Positions 32,388-45,155 of a DNA stretch of 64,000 nucleotides are shown piece by piece. Each line of letters begins with the position of its first letter. Position 1 is the stretch's first letter. The notes below the pieces were generated by a model. That model was not told the origin of the DNA. It was given only the letters and a program-made list of their open reading frames with translations, and did not search any database. The stretch is from Escherichia coli (GTDB lineage: Bacteria > Pseudomonadota > Gammaproteobacteria > Enterobacterales > Enterobacteriaceae): assembly GCF_050920415.1 (NCBI RefSeq), contig NZ_CP169309.1. One strand, written 5' to 3'. Both the position numbers and the translations under genes were made by a program.

Positions 32388-33818
32388 ATGCCAGATTTTT
32401 TCTCCTTTATTAACAGCGTCCTTTGGGGATCGGTAATGATTTACCTGCTCTTCGGCGCAGGTTGTTGGTTCACTTTTCGCACCGGATTTGTGCAGTTTCG
32501 CTACATCCGCCAGTTTGGCAAAAGTCTTAAAAATAGCATTCATCCACAGCCAGGCGGTTTAACCTCATTTCAGTCATTGTGTACCAGTCTTGCGGCGCGC
32601 GTGGGTAGCGGCAACCTGGCTGGCGTTGCGCTGGCTATTACCGCCGGTGGACCAGGTGCCGTCTTCTGGATGTGGGTTGCCGCGTTTATCGGCATGGCGA
32701 CCTCGTTTGCCGAATGTTCCCTTGCACAACTTTATAAAGAACGTGACGTTAATGGGCAGTTTCGTGGCGGACCGGCATGGTATATGGCGCGCGGGCTGGG
32801 GATGCGCTGGATGGGCGTTCTGTTCGCCCTCTTTTTGCTCATCGCCTACGGCATAATTTTCAGCGGAGTTCAGGCGAACGCCGTTGCCCGAGCCCTGAGT
32901 TTTTCTTTTGATTTTCCCCCGCTGGTGACAGGCATTATTCTTGCTGTCTTTGCTCTGCTGGCAATCACTCGCGGTCTTCATGGCGTCGCCCGGCTCATGC
33001 AGGGGTTTGTCCCGTTGATGGCGATAATCTGGGTACTGACCAGCCTGGTAATTTGCGTAATGAATATCGGGCAACTTCCCCACGTCATTTGGTCTATTTT
33101 TGAGAGTGCTTTTGGCTGGCAGGAAGCGGCAGGCGGCGCGGCGGGATATACCTTAAGCCAGGCGATTACTAACGGTTTTCAGCGCAGTATGTTTTCCAAT
33201 GAGGCGGGAATGGGGTCGACGCCAAACGCGGCAGCGGCAGCTGCGTCCTGGCCTCCGCATCCCGCAGCGCAAGGGATTGTCCAGATGATTGGCATTTTTA
33301 TCGACACCCTGGTCATCTGTACGGCAAGCGCCATGCTGATATTACTGGCGGGTAACGGCACAACCTACATGCCGCTGGAAGGTATTCAGCTTATCCAGAA
33401 GGCGATGCGGGTGCTAATGGGCTCCTGGGGTGCGGAGTTTGTTACCCTCGTGGTTATTCTGTTTGCCTTCAGCTCCATCGTTGCCAACTACATTTATGCC
33501 GAAAACAATCTCTTCTTCTTACGCCTGAACAACCCTAAAGCGATCTGGTGTCTGCGAATCTGCACCTTCGCAACGGTCATCGGCGGCACCTTGCTAAGTC
33601 TTCCGCTGATGTGGCAACTGGCAGATATCATAATGGCCTGCATGGCTATTACCAATTTGACCGCCATATTACTGCTCTCGCCTGTGGTTCATACCATTGC
33701 CAGTGATTATCTACGCCAGCGTAAACTCGGCGTGCGCCCGGTGTTTGATCCGTTACGTTATCCGGATATTGGTCGCCAGCTTTCTCCGGACGCGTGGGAT
33801 GATGTTTCGCAGGAGTAA
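32388..33818 (+). CDS. yaaJ: alanine/glycine:cation symporter family transporter
   Basis: 476-aa polytopic membrane ORF. Confidence 0.88.
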   Translation: MPDFFSFINSVLWGSVMIYLLFGAGCWFTFRTGFVQFRYIRQFGKSLKNSIHPQPGGLTSFQSLCTSLAARVGSGNLAGVALAITAGGPGAVFWMWVAAFIGMATSFAECSLAQLYKERDVNGQFRGGPAWYMARGLGMRWMGVLFALFLLIAYGIIFSGVQANAVARALSFSFDFPPLVTGIILAVFALLAITRGLHGVARLMQGFVPLMAIIWVLTSLVICVMNIGQLPHVIWSIFESAFGWQEAAGGAAGYTLSQAITNGFQRSMFSNEAGMGSTPNAAAAAASWPPHPAAQGIVQMIGIFIDTLVICTASAMLILLAGNGTTYMPLEGIQLIQKAMRVLMGSWGAEFVTLVVILFAFSSIVANYIYAENNLFFLRLNNPKAIWCLRICTFATVIGGTLLSLPLMWQLADIIMACMAITNLTAILLLSPVVHTIASDYLRQRKLGVRPVFDPLRYPDIGRQLSPDAWDDVSQE

Positions 33819-33887
33819 TCACAACTATCGATCAACTCATTCCCTTTTTTTGCTAAAGTCGGCATAAATTTCCTGCAAGGACTGGAT

Positions 33888-34664
33888 ATGCTGATTCTTA
33901 TTTCACCTGCGAAAACGCTTGATTACCAAAGCCCGTTGACCACCACGCGCTATACGCTGCCGGAGCTGTTAGACAACTCCCAGCAGCTGATCCATGAAGC
34001 GCGGAAACTGACGCCTCCGCAGATTAGCACGCTGATGCGCATCAGCGACAAACTGGCGGGCATCAACGCCGCTCGCTTTCATGACTGGCAGCCAGATTTC
34101 ACGCCAGAGAATGCCCGACAGGCGATTCTGGCGTTTAAAGGTGATGTCTACACCGGCTTGCAGGCCGAAACCTTCAGCGAAGACGATTTCGATTTTGCCC
34201 AACAACATTTGCGAATGCTTTCCGGCTTGTATGGCGTACTGCGCCCGCTCGATTTAATGCAGCCTTATCGTCTGGAAATGGGGATCCGTCTTGAGAATGC
34301 CCGAGGGAAAGATCTGTATCAATTCTGGGGAGATATCATCACCAACAAGCTGAACGAGGCGCTCGCAGCACAAGGCGATAATGTGGTGATTAATCTGGCG
34401 TCAGATGAGTATTTTAAATCGGTGAAGCCGAAGAAATTGAATGCCGAGATTATCAAGCCAGTGTTCCTCGATGAGAAGAACGGCAAATTTAAGATAATCA
34501 GCTTCTACGCTAAGAAAGCACGCGGTCTGATGAGTCGTTTCATTATTGAAAATCGGCTGACCAAACCAGAGCAACTGACTGGTTTTAATAGCGAAGGTTA
34601 CTTCTTTGATGAAGCTTCCTCCAGCAACGGCGAACTGGTGTTTAAACGCTACGAGCAGCGTTAA
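33888..34664 (+). CDS. yaaA: peroxide stress protein YaaA (DUF328)
   Basis: 258-aa [20 protein letters not shown]... Confidence 0.9.
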   Translation: MLILISPAKTLDYQSPLTTTRYTLPELLDNSQQLIHEARKLTPPQISTLMRISDKLAGINAARFHDWQPDFTPENARQAILAFKGDVYTGLQAETFSEDDFDFAQQHLRMLSGLYGVLRPLDLMQPYRLEMGIRLENARGKDLYQFWGDIITNKLNEALAAQGDNVVINLASDEYFKSVKPKKLNAEIIKPVFLDEKNGKFKIISFYAKKARGLMSRFIIENRLTKPEQLTGFNSEGYFFDEASSSNGELVFKRYEQR

Positions 34665-34677
34665 GTTTGCAGTAAAT

Positions 34678-34712
34678 GCCGGATGCGGCATGAACGCCTT
34701 ATCCGGCCTACA
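34678..34712. repeat. REP element bordering the IS insertion
   Basis: gccggatgcggcatgaacgccttatccggcctaca. Confidence 0.8.
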
Positions 34713-34745
34713 AAAGCATGCAGATTCAATATATTGCAGAATTAA

Positions 34746-36090
<1,345 letters not shown>

Positions 36091-36094
36091 TCAT

Positions 36095-36391
36095 TTAGCG
36101 GTGATGTTTGCCTGGACCATGACCGCCGTGATGATCATGAGGAGCTTTCTTATGGTGGCGCGGCGGTGGCGGTGGTCCGTGTGGGTGCCAGCGATTGCCT
36201 CGCCATTCATAATGTTGTTTCCACCAGCCGTGGTCGCGCCAGTGACCGCCATCCCAGTAATAGCCACGATTATCACGATCGCCTATCTGTAATTTTACTG
36301 ACGGGACTAACGTAATTTCCGCAGCCTGTGCTGCCATGGGAGCGACCAGAACCAGGGAAAGTGCGAGTACGATAGATTGCATCTTTTTCAC
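36095..36391 (-). CDS. yaaX: DUF2502 secreted protein, His/Gly/Pro-rich
   Basis: 98-aa ORF with a signal peptide ([23 protein letters not shown]) and a [22 protein letters not shown] tail. Confidence 0.85.
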   Translation of the reverse strand: MKKMQSIVLALSLVLVAPMAAQAAEITLVPSVKLQIGDRDNRGYYWDGGHWRDHGWWKQHYEWRGNRWHPHGPPPPPRHHKKAPHDHHGGHGPGKHHR

Positions 36392-36604
36392 AGGTTACTC
36401 CTTTTATCATTGCCCGTTATGGGTCGATATCCGGAGATTACGCGATGAGAACGGCGGTTGTTATTCTCCGCAATCCTAATCTCTAAGTTACCGCATTTAT
36501 TGAGAATTCCTCCTTTTTTCCTGTCGTTTTTCTCCATATTTTCTTCATAAAAAAGCCGGGCTGTATAAAAGCAAACCCGGCCTGATTGAGATAATGAATA
36601 GATG

Positions 36605-37891
36605 TTACTGATGATTCATCATCAATTTACGCAACGCAGCAAAATCGGCGGGCAGATTATGCGAAAGCAAGGGTAAATCAGCACGTTCTGCCAGCTCTTT
36701 TGGCAGATCCAATGTTTCACCGAGAATCGCCTCCACGCTCTCTTTAAATTTCGCCGGATGCGCGGTGCCGAGGAACAGGCCATATTCGCCTGGATGCAAC
36801 TGGTCGCGCAGCGCACGATAAGCTACGGCAGCGTGCGGCTCCGAGGTATAGCCCAGCGCTTTTAACTCACGCATTGTCTGTTGCGTGGTTTCATCATCCA
36901 CGGCTGCATAGCCCAGCTCTTTCAGTTGCCAGATTTTGCGGCGGAATAACTCCTCCACACGCGGCCAGTTGTTCGGCTGACTCACGTCCATCGCATTGGA
37001 TAATGTCGCCTGAGTCGCTTTAGGGGACCACTGCCCGTCGTGCAAGAAACGCGGCACGGTATCGTTCACGTTAGTGGCAGCGATAAAACGCTTCACCGGC
37101 AGGCCAAGAGATTTCGCCAGCAGGCCCGCAGTCAAATCGCCGAAGTTACCGCTCGGCACCGAGACAACCAGCTGGTTGCGCGCTTCCTGCGGCAGCTGCG
37201 CAACAGCTTCAAAGTAGTAGCAAATCTGCGCCAGTAAACGACTGATGTTAATGGAGTTAGCAGAGTTCAGCCCCAAAGCCACTTTCAGTTCTTCATCATC
37301 AAACGCCTGCTTTACCAGCGCCTGACAGGCATCAAAATCGCCGTCAATGGCAATAGTTTCAATATTGCCACCCAACGTACAGAACAGTTTTTCTTGCAGT
37401 GGACTGATTTTGCCTCGTGGATAGAGGATAACCACTTTCACATTCGGTAAACCGTAGAAAGCATGAGCCACTGCCGCTCCAGTATCACCGGAGGTCGCGG
37501 TCAGAATGGTCACTGGCTTATCGCCCGCAATATGGGTCAGCATTTGTGCCATAAAGCGACCGCCGAAATCTTTAAATGCCAGCGTTGGCCCGTGAAACAA
37601 CTCCAGACAACCGACATCGCTTTCAACATTGGCGACCGGAGCCGGGAAGGCAAACGCCGCGCATACGCGCTCTTCCAGTATTTCCTGCGGGATTTCATCA
37701 CCAATAAACGCCGAGAGGATCTTCGCACTGCGGGTGACAAAATCCAGCTTCAGCATCTCATCAATTTCAGTCAGGCTGAATTCCGGTAGGTCGTGCGGAA
37801 AAAACAGCCCCTGATTTTTGCCCAACCCCTGAGTTACGGCTTGCGCAAAGCTGACCTGTTCGTTGTGATCTTTCAGATTGTAGAGTTTCAT
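36605..37891 (-). CDS. thrC: threonine synthase
   Basis: 428-aa ORF MKLYNLKDHNEQVSFAQAVTQGLGKNQGLFFP...; last gene of thrLABC. Confidence 0.96.
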   Translation of the reverse strand: MKLYNLKDHNEQVSFAQAVTQGLGKNQGLFFPHDLPEFSLTEIDEMLKLDFVTRSAKILSAFIGDEIPQEILEERVCAAFAFPAPVANVESDVGCLELFHGPTLAFKDFGGRFMAQMLTHIAGDKPVTILTATSGDTGAAVAHAFYGLPNVKVVILYPRGKISPLQEKLFCTLGGNIETIAIDGDFDACQALVKQAFDDEELKVALGLNSANSINISRLLAQICYYFEAVAQLPQEARNQLVVSVPSGNFGDLTAGLLAKSLGLPVKRFIAATNVNDTVPRFLHDGQWSPKATQATLSNAMDVSQPNNWPRVEELFRRKIWQLKELGYAAVDDETTQQTMRELKALGYTSEPHAAVAYRALRDQLHPGEYGLFLGTAHPAKFKESVEAILGETLDLPKELAERADLPLLSHNLPADFAALRKLMMNHQ

Positions 37892-38824
37892 TTAGTTTTC
37901 CAGTACTCGTGCGCCCGCCGTATCCAGCCGGCAAATATGAACAAAACCTTCCTGATTTTGCAGGTAGTTCTTACCCAACCAGTCGGCAACGCGCTGGGCG
38001 GTATCCGGCTTGTCACACAGAGCGAACAAAGTCGGGCCGGAGCCGGAGATACCGCTCGCTACCGCGCCGATTTCCGCGACCGCCTGCCGCGCCTGCCGGA
38101 AGCCTGGCAGTAACCGTTCACGGTAGGGTTCAGCGATAACATCTTTCATCAGCTTCGCGGCAAGCTCAGGCTGACGGGAATAGCAGGCGTGAATGAAGCC
38201 TGCCAGATGTCGCCCGTGCGCAATGCAATCCTGGCGACGATACTGTGCCGGTAAAATAGCCCGGGCTTCTGCCGTCGAGACTTTAATCCCCGGATATGCC
38301 AGCACCCACAGCCACTCATCAAACCCCGGCACTTGCTGGCTGATGATGTCGTTTTCTTCGATCATCAACTGCATACCACCAAGAAAACACGGTGCCACGT
38401 TGTCGTAATGAATGCTGCCGGAGATACGCCCTTCCAGCTCGCCCATCAAAGCCAGCAAACGGGTGTCATTAAGCGGCTTGCCGCAATGTTCATTCATCGC
38501 CATCAGCGCCGCCACCACCGAACAAGCGCTGGAGCCTAAACCCGAACCGATCGGCATATTCTTTTCCAGCGTCATTGCCACTGGAATTTGCTTGCCCAGC
38601 TCCTGGCAAAAACGCTCCCAGCACTGATAAACGATATTTTCCCGTGGTTCTGACGGCAGCTTATCGGCAAAACGTCCGAGATTGTTGAGACTGAATGTCT
38701 CTGCCGCCTCAACCGTTACTACATCTCCGAGCAATGCACCATCAACAGGTGTCACCGCCGCCCCGAGCACATCAAACCCGACGCTCATATTGGCACTGGA
38801 AGCCGGGGCATAAACTTTAACCAT
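37892..38824 (-). CDS. thrB: homoserine kinase
   Basis: 310-aa [26 protein letters not shown]... (GHMP kinase). Confidence 0.96.
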
Positions 38825-38825
38825 G

Positions 38826-41288
38826 TCAGACTCCTAACTTCCATGAGAGGGTACGTAGCAGATCGGCAAAGACACCAGCAGCTGTAACGTCATTGCCCGC
38901 GCCATATCCGCGCAGAACCAACGGCAGCGGCTGATAATAGTGGCTATAGAAGGCCAGGGCGTTTTCGCCATTTTTCACTTTGAACAGCGGATCATTGCCA
39001 TCCACTTCGGCAATCTTCACGCGGCAGATGCCATCTTCATCAATATTGCCAACATAGCGCAAAACTTTGCCCTCATCACGAGCCTTCGCCACGCGTGCGG
39101 CAAAGAGATCGTCGAGCTGTGAAAGATTCGCCATAAAAGCTGCAACATCACCCTCTGCGTTAAACTCTGCGGGCAGCACAGGTTCAATTTCAATATCCGC
39201 CAGTTCCAGTTCACGTCCCGTTTCACGGGCGAGGATCAATAGCTTACGCGCCACATCCATACCAGAAAGATCATCTCGCGGGTCCGGTTCGGTATAACCC
39301 ATTTCCCGCGCCAGCGTGGTCGCCTCGGAGAAACTCATGCCTTCGTCTAACTTGCCGAAGATATAAGAAAGCGAACCGGAAAGAATGCCGGAGAACTTCA
39401 TTAATTCATCACCTGCGTTGAGCAGATTTTGCAGGTTCTCAATAACCGGTAATCCAGCCCCAACGTTAGTGTCATAGAGGAATTTACGCCGCGATTTTTC
39501 CGCCGCATAACGCAACTGATGGTAGTAATCCATCGACGAGGTGTTGGCCTTTTTGTTTGGCGTAACCACGTGGAAACCTTCGCGCAGGAAGTCAGCATAC
39601 TGATCCGCCACCGCCTGGCTGGAGGTACAGTCGACAATCACCGGATTCAGCAAATGATATTCTTTCACCAGGCGAATTAAGCGCCCGAGGTTAAACGGCT
39701 CTTTGGCTTGCGCCAGTTCTTCCTGCCAGTTCTCCAGATTAAGGCCATGCACATTGGTGAGCAGAGCCTTTGAGTTGGCAACGCCGCAGACACGTAAGTC
39801 GATATGTTTATTCTTCAGCCAGCTTTGCTGACGCTTCAGTTGCTCCAGCAGCGCACCGCCAACGCCACCGACACCAATTACAAACACTTCGATAACCTGA
39901 TCGGTATTGAACAGCATCTGATGAGTAACGCGCACACCAGTGGTCGCATCATCGTTATTTACCACGACAGAGATTGAGCGTTCAGAAGATCCCTGAGCAA
40001 TGGCGACAATGTTGATATTGGCGCGGGCCAGCGCGGCAAAGAATTTCGCCGAGATCCCACGCAAGGTGCGCATACCATCACCTACCACCGAGATAATGGC
40101 TAGCCGTTCCGTCACCGCCAGCGGCTCCAGCAAGCCTTCCTTCAGTTCAAGATAGAACTCTTCCTGCATCGCCCGTTCAGCTCGCACACAGTCGCTTTGT
40201 GGAACGCAGAAACTGATACTGTATTCAGAAGACGATTGCGTAATCAGCACCACTGAAATGCGAGCGCGTGACATCGCTGCAAAGACGCGCGCCGCCATGC
40301 CGACCATTCCTTTCATCCCCGGGCCGGAAACACTGAACATTGCCATATTATTCAGATTGGAAATGCCCTTGACCGGTAATTCGTCTTCATCACGGCTGGC
40401 GCCAATGAGCGTACCTGGTGCTTGAGGATTTCCGGTGTTTTTAATCAGGCAAGGGATCTGGAACTGAGCGATGGGGGTAATGGTGCGGGGGTGAAGAACT
40501 TTAGCGCCGAAGTAGGAAAGCTCCATCGCTTCCTGATAGGACATCGACTTCAACAACCTCGCATCGGGCACCTGACGCGGGTCGCAGGTATAGACCCCGT
40601 CAACGTCCGTCCAGATCTCGCAACAATCGGCGCGTAAACAGGCAGCCAGTACCGCGGCGGAGTAGTCGGAACCGTTACGTCCAAGCACCACCAGTTCGCC
40701 TTTTTCATTACCGGCGGTGAAACCTGCCATCAGCACCATGTGGTCAGCCGGAATGCGGCTTGCCGCAATACGGCGGGTGGACTCAGCAATATCGACGGTA
40801 GATTCGAGGTAATGACCGACTGCCAGCAGTTTTTCGACCGGATCGATTACGGTAACGTTGTGACCACGCGCTTCTAACACGCCGGCCATAATGGCGATCG
40901 ACATTTTCTCGCCACGGCAAATCAGTGCCGCGTTGATGCTATCCGGGCACTGCCCTAACAAACTAATACCATGCAGGACATGTTTAATTTGGGCAAATTC
41001 CTGGTCGACGAAAGTTTTCAGCTGCGCCAGCGGGAATCCCGGCTGAGCGGCGGCGAGTCCCGTCAGAAGTTCGGCAAAAATACGTTCGGCATCGCTGATA
41101 TTGGGTAAAGCATCCTGGCCGCTAATGGTTTTTTCAATCATCGCCACCAGGTGGTTGGTGATTTTGGCGGGGGCAGAGAGGACGGTGGCCACCTGCCCCT
41201 GCCTGGCATTGCTTTCCAGAATATCGGCAACCCGCAGAAAACGTTCTGCATTTGCCACTGATGTACCGCCGAACTTCAACACTCGCAT
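38826..41288 (-). CDS. thrA: bifunctional aspartokinase I / homoserine dehydrogenase I
   Basis: ORF trimmed to [17 protein letters not shown]... at the ATG 41286-41288; 820 aa. Confidence 0.96.
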
Positions 41289-41314
41289 GGTTGTTACCTC
41301 GTTACCTTTGGTCG

Positions 41315-41352
41315 AAAAAAAAGCCCGCACTGTCAGGTGCGGGCTTTTTTCT
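41315..41352 (-). terminator. thr operon attenuator (rho-independent terminator between thrL and thrA)
   Basis: Minus-strand hairpin aagcccgcacctgacagtgcgggctt followed by a T8 run, immediately after the thrL stop. Confidence 0.85.
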
Positions 41353-41358
41353 GTGTTT

Positions 41359-41437
<79 letters not shown>

Positions 41438-41647
41438 TGTTGTGTACTCTGTAATTTTTATCTGTCTGTGCGCTATGCCTATATTGGTTAAAGTATTTAG
41501 TGACCTAAGTCAATAAAATTTTAATTTACTCACGGCAGGTAACCAGTTCAGAAGCTGCTGTCAGAGACACTTTTTTTAATCCACACAGAGACATATTGCC
41601 CGTTGCAGTCAGAATGAAAAGCTGAAAAATACTTACTAAGGCGTTTT

Positions 41648-42334
41648 TTATTTGGTGATATTTTTTTCAATATCATGCAGCAAACGATGCAACATTGCCG
41701 TGTCTCGTTGCTCTAAAAGCCCCAGCCGTTGTTGTAACCAGTCGACCAGTTTTGTGTCATCTGCCACTGCCAGGGTCGTCAGCAATGACATGGCTCGTTC
41801 GCGTAAAGCTTGCAGTTGATGTTGGTCTGCCGTTGTGTCACTTTTGGCCGGTTGTTGTATTAATGTTGCTAATTGATAGCAATAAACCATCACCGCCTGC
41901 CCCAGATTGAGCGAAGGATAATCTGCCACCATCGGCACACCAGTAAGAACGTCAGCCAAGGCTAACTCTTCGTTAGTCAGCCCGGAATCTTCGCGACCAA
42001 ACACCAGCGCTGCATGGCTCATCCACGAGGATTTTTCCTCTAACAGCGGCACCAGTTCCACCGGAGTGGCGTAGTAATGATATTTCGCCCGACTGCGTGC
42101 AGTGGTGGCGACAGTGAAGTCGACATCGTGTAACGATTCAGCCAGAGTTGGGAAAACTTTAATATTATCAATAATATCACCAGATCCATGTGCGACCCAG
42201 CGGGTAGCTGGCTCCAGGTGTGCCTGACTATCGACAATTCGCAGCTCGCTAAACCCCATCGTTTTCATTGCCCGCGCCGCTGCCCCAATATTTTCTGCTC
42301 TGGCGGGTGCGACCAGAATAATCGTTATACGCAT
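41648..42334 (-). CDS. yjtD: SpoU-family tRNA/rRNA 2'-O-methyltransferase
   Basis: 228-aa ORF MRITIILVAPARAENIGAAARAMKTMGF... with the SPOUT fold N-terminus. Confidence 0.85.
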   Translation of the reverse strand: MRITIILVAPARAENIGAAARAMKTMGFSELRIVDSQAHLEPATRWVAHGSGDIIDNIKVFPTLAESLHDVDFTVATTARSRAKYHYYATPVELVPLLEEKSSWMSHAALVFGREDSGLTNEELALADVLTGVPMVADYPSLNLGQAVMVYCYQLATLIQQPAKSDTTADQHQLQALRERAMSLLTTLAVADDTKLVDWLQQRLGLLEQRDTAMLHRLLHDIEKNITK

Positions 42335-42969
42335 ATTGCCACTCTTCTTGACCTAATAACCGCGCACAGGGTGATCATTGTCAACTTATTACGCGGATCG
42401 AATTTACAAACTCTTAACGTAAGTCGCAGAAAAAGCCCTTCACTTAGCTTAAAAAAGACTAAACTATTTCCTGACTGTACTAATGGTTGAATTGTTAAAA
42501 AATGCTACATATCCTTCTGTTTACTTAGGATAATTTTATAAAAAATAAATCTCGACAATTGGATTCACCACGTTTATTAGTTGTATGATGCAACTAGTTG
42601 GATTATTAAAATAATGTGACGAAAGCTAGCATTTAGATACGATGATTTCATCAAACTGTTAACGTGCTACAATTGAACTTGATATATGTCAACGAAGCGT
42701 AGTTTTATTGGGTGTCCGGCCCCTCTTAGCCTGTTATGTTGCTGTTAAAATGGTTAGGATGACAGCCGTTTTTGACACTGTCGGGTCCTGAGGGAAAGTA
42801 CCCACGACCAAGCTAATGATGTTGTTGACGTTGATGGAAAGTGCATCAAGAACGCAATTACGTACTTTAGTCATGTTACGCCGATCATGTTAATTTGCAG
42901 CATGCATCAGGCAGGTCAGGGACTTTTGTACTTCCTGTTTCGATTTAGTTGGCAATTTAGGTAGCAAAC

Positions 42970-43686
42970 ATGCAGACCCCGCACATTCTTATCGTTGAAG
43001 ACGAGTTGGTAACACGCAACACGTTGAAAAGTATTTTCGAAGCGGAAGGCTATGATGTTTTCGAAGCGACAGATGGCGCGGAAATGCATCAGATCCTCTC
43101 TGAATATGACATCAACCTGGTGATCATGGATATCAATCTGCCGGGTAAGAACGGTCTTCTGTTAGCGCGTGAACTGCGCGAGCAGGCGAATGTTGCGTTG
43201 ATGTTCCTGACTGGCCGTGACAACGAAGTCGATAAAATTCTCGGCCTCGAAATCGGTGCAGATGACTACATCACCAAACCGTTCAACCCGCGTGAACTGA
43301 CTATTCGTGCACGCAACCTGCTGTCTCGTACCATGAATCTGGGTACTGTCAGCGAAGAACGTCGTAGCGTTGAAAGCTACAAGTTCAATGGTTGGGAACT
43401 GGACATCAACAGCCGTTCGCTGATCGGCCCTGATGGCGAGCAGTACAAGCTGCCGCGCAGCGAGTTCCGCGCCATGCTTCACTTCTGTGAAAACCCAGGC
43501 AAAATTCAGTCCCGTGCTGAACTGCTGAAGAAAATGACCGGCCGTGAGCTGAAACCGCACGACCGTACTGTAGACGTGACGATCCGCCGTATTCGTAAAC
43601 ATTTCGAATCTACGCCGGATACGCCGGAAATCATCGCCACCATTCACGGTGAAGGTTATCGCTTCTGCGGTGATCTGGAAGATTAA
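42970..43686 (+). CDS. arcA: aerobic respiration control response regulator
   Basis: 238-aa OmpR-family [33 protein letters not shown]... Confidence 0.96.
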
Positions 43687-43703
43687 TCGGCTTTACCACC
43701 GTC

Positions 43704-43740
43704 AAAAAAAACGGCGCTTTTTAGCGCCGTTTTTATTTTT
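43704..43740. terminator. bidirectional rho-independent terminator between arcA and creD
   Basis: A8 run, hairpin cggcgctttttagcgccg, then a T-rich run; reads as a terminator on both strands. Confidence 0.75.
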
Positions 43741-43745
43741 CAACC

Positions 43746-45098
43746 TTATTTCCAGATACGTAACTCATCGTCCGTTGTAACTTCTTTACTGGCTTTCATT
43801 TTCGGCAGTGAAAACGCATACCAGTCGATATTACGGGTCACAAACATCATGCCGGCCAGCGCCACCACCAGCACACTGGTTCCCAACAACAGCGCGCTAT
43901 CGGCAGAGTTGAGCAGTCCCCACATCACACCATCCAGCAACAACAGCGCGAGGGTAAACAACATGCTGTTGCGCCAGCCTTTCAATACCGCCTGCAAATA
44001 AATACCGTTCATTAACGCCCCAATCAGACTGGCGATTATCCATGCCACGGTAAAACCGGTATGTTCAGAAAGCGCCAGCAAGAGCAAATAAAACATCACC
44101 AATGAAAGCCCCACCAGCAAATATTGCATTGGGTGTAAACGTTGCGCGGTGAGCGTTTCAAAAACAAAGAACGCCATAAAAGTCAGTGCAATCAGCAAAA
44201 TAGCGTACTTAGTCGCCCGATCCGTTAATTGGTATTGATCGGCTGGCGTCGTCACTGCGACGCTAAACGCCGGGAAGTTTTCCCAGCCGGTATCATTACC
44301 TGAAGCAAAACGCTCACCGAGATTATTAGCAAACCAGCTGCTTTGCCATTGCGCCTGAAAACCAGACTCGCTGACTTCCCGTTTGGCTGGCAGAAAATCA
44401 CCTAAAAAACTGGGATGCGGCCAGTTGCTGGTTAAGGTCATTTCGCTATTACGCCCGGCAGGCACCACAGAAAGATTGCCGGTACCGCTTAAATTCAGCG
44501 CCATATTCAGCTTCAGGTTCTGCTTCCGCCAGTCCCCTTCGGGTAAAGGGATATGCACGCCCTGCCCGCCTTGATCTAACCCGGTACCGGGTTCAATGGT
44601 CAGCGCCGTTCCGTTAACGTCAGGTGCTTTCACCACACCTATACCACGCGCATCCCCGACGCCAATCACAATAAATGGCTTGCCTAAGGTGATATTTGGC
44701 GCATTGAGTTTGCTAAGACGCGAAACATCAAAATCGGCTTTTAGCGTTAAATCACTATGCCAGACCTGACCGGTATAAATCCCAATCTTGCGTTCTTCCA
44801 CGTTCTGATTGCCATCAACCATCAATGACTCAGGTAACCAAAAATGGATAAAACTTCGTTTCCGCTCCACGGTTTTATCCTCTTCCTGCACCGTATAAAG
44901 CTCGGTCACAGGAATAGCGATGAGCGGTCCAACAAGTTTCTGCGGCCCGCTGGTACTTTGCCGAATCGCATCTTCCACATCGCTACGATAATCGGCACGT
45001 TCGACAATCACCTGCCGAATCAGCATTATCGGAATCAACAACAGCAATACTGCAGCAAACAGGGTGGTCATTTTCCAGAACAGGGGGGATTTCAACAT
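43746..45098 (-). CDS. creD: inner membrane protein CreD
   Basis: 450-aa membrane ORF, last gene of creABCD. Confidence 0.9.
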   Translation of the reverse strand: MLKSPLFWKMTTLFAAVLLLLIPIMLIRQVIVERADYRSDVEDAIRQSTSGPQKLVGPLIAIPVTELYTVQEEDKTVERKRSFIHFWLPESLMVDGNQNVEERKIGIYTGQVWHSDLTLKADFDVSRLSKLNAPNITLGKPFIVIGVGDARGIGVVKAPDVNGTALTIEPGTGLDQGGQGVHIPLPEGDWRKQNLKLNMALNLSGTGNLSVVPAGRNSEMTLTSNWPHPSFLGDFLPAKREVSESGFQAQWQSSWFANNLGERFASGNDTGWENFPAFSVAVTTPADQYQLTDRATKYAILLIALTFMAFFVFETLTAQRLHPMQYLLVGLSLVMFYLLLLALSEHTGFTVAWIIASLIGALMNGIYLQAVLKGWRNSMLFTLALLLLDGVMWGLLNSADSALLLGTSVLVVALAGMMFVTRNIDWYAFSLPKMKASKEVTTDDELRIWK

Positions 45099-45155
45099 AG
45101 TCTTCTCCTTTGCAATGACCGCAGGTTACAAAGGCTATGTGGGAAGAATTTGAAG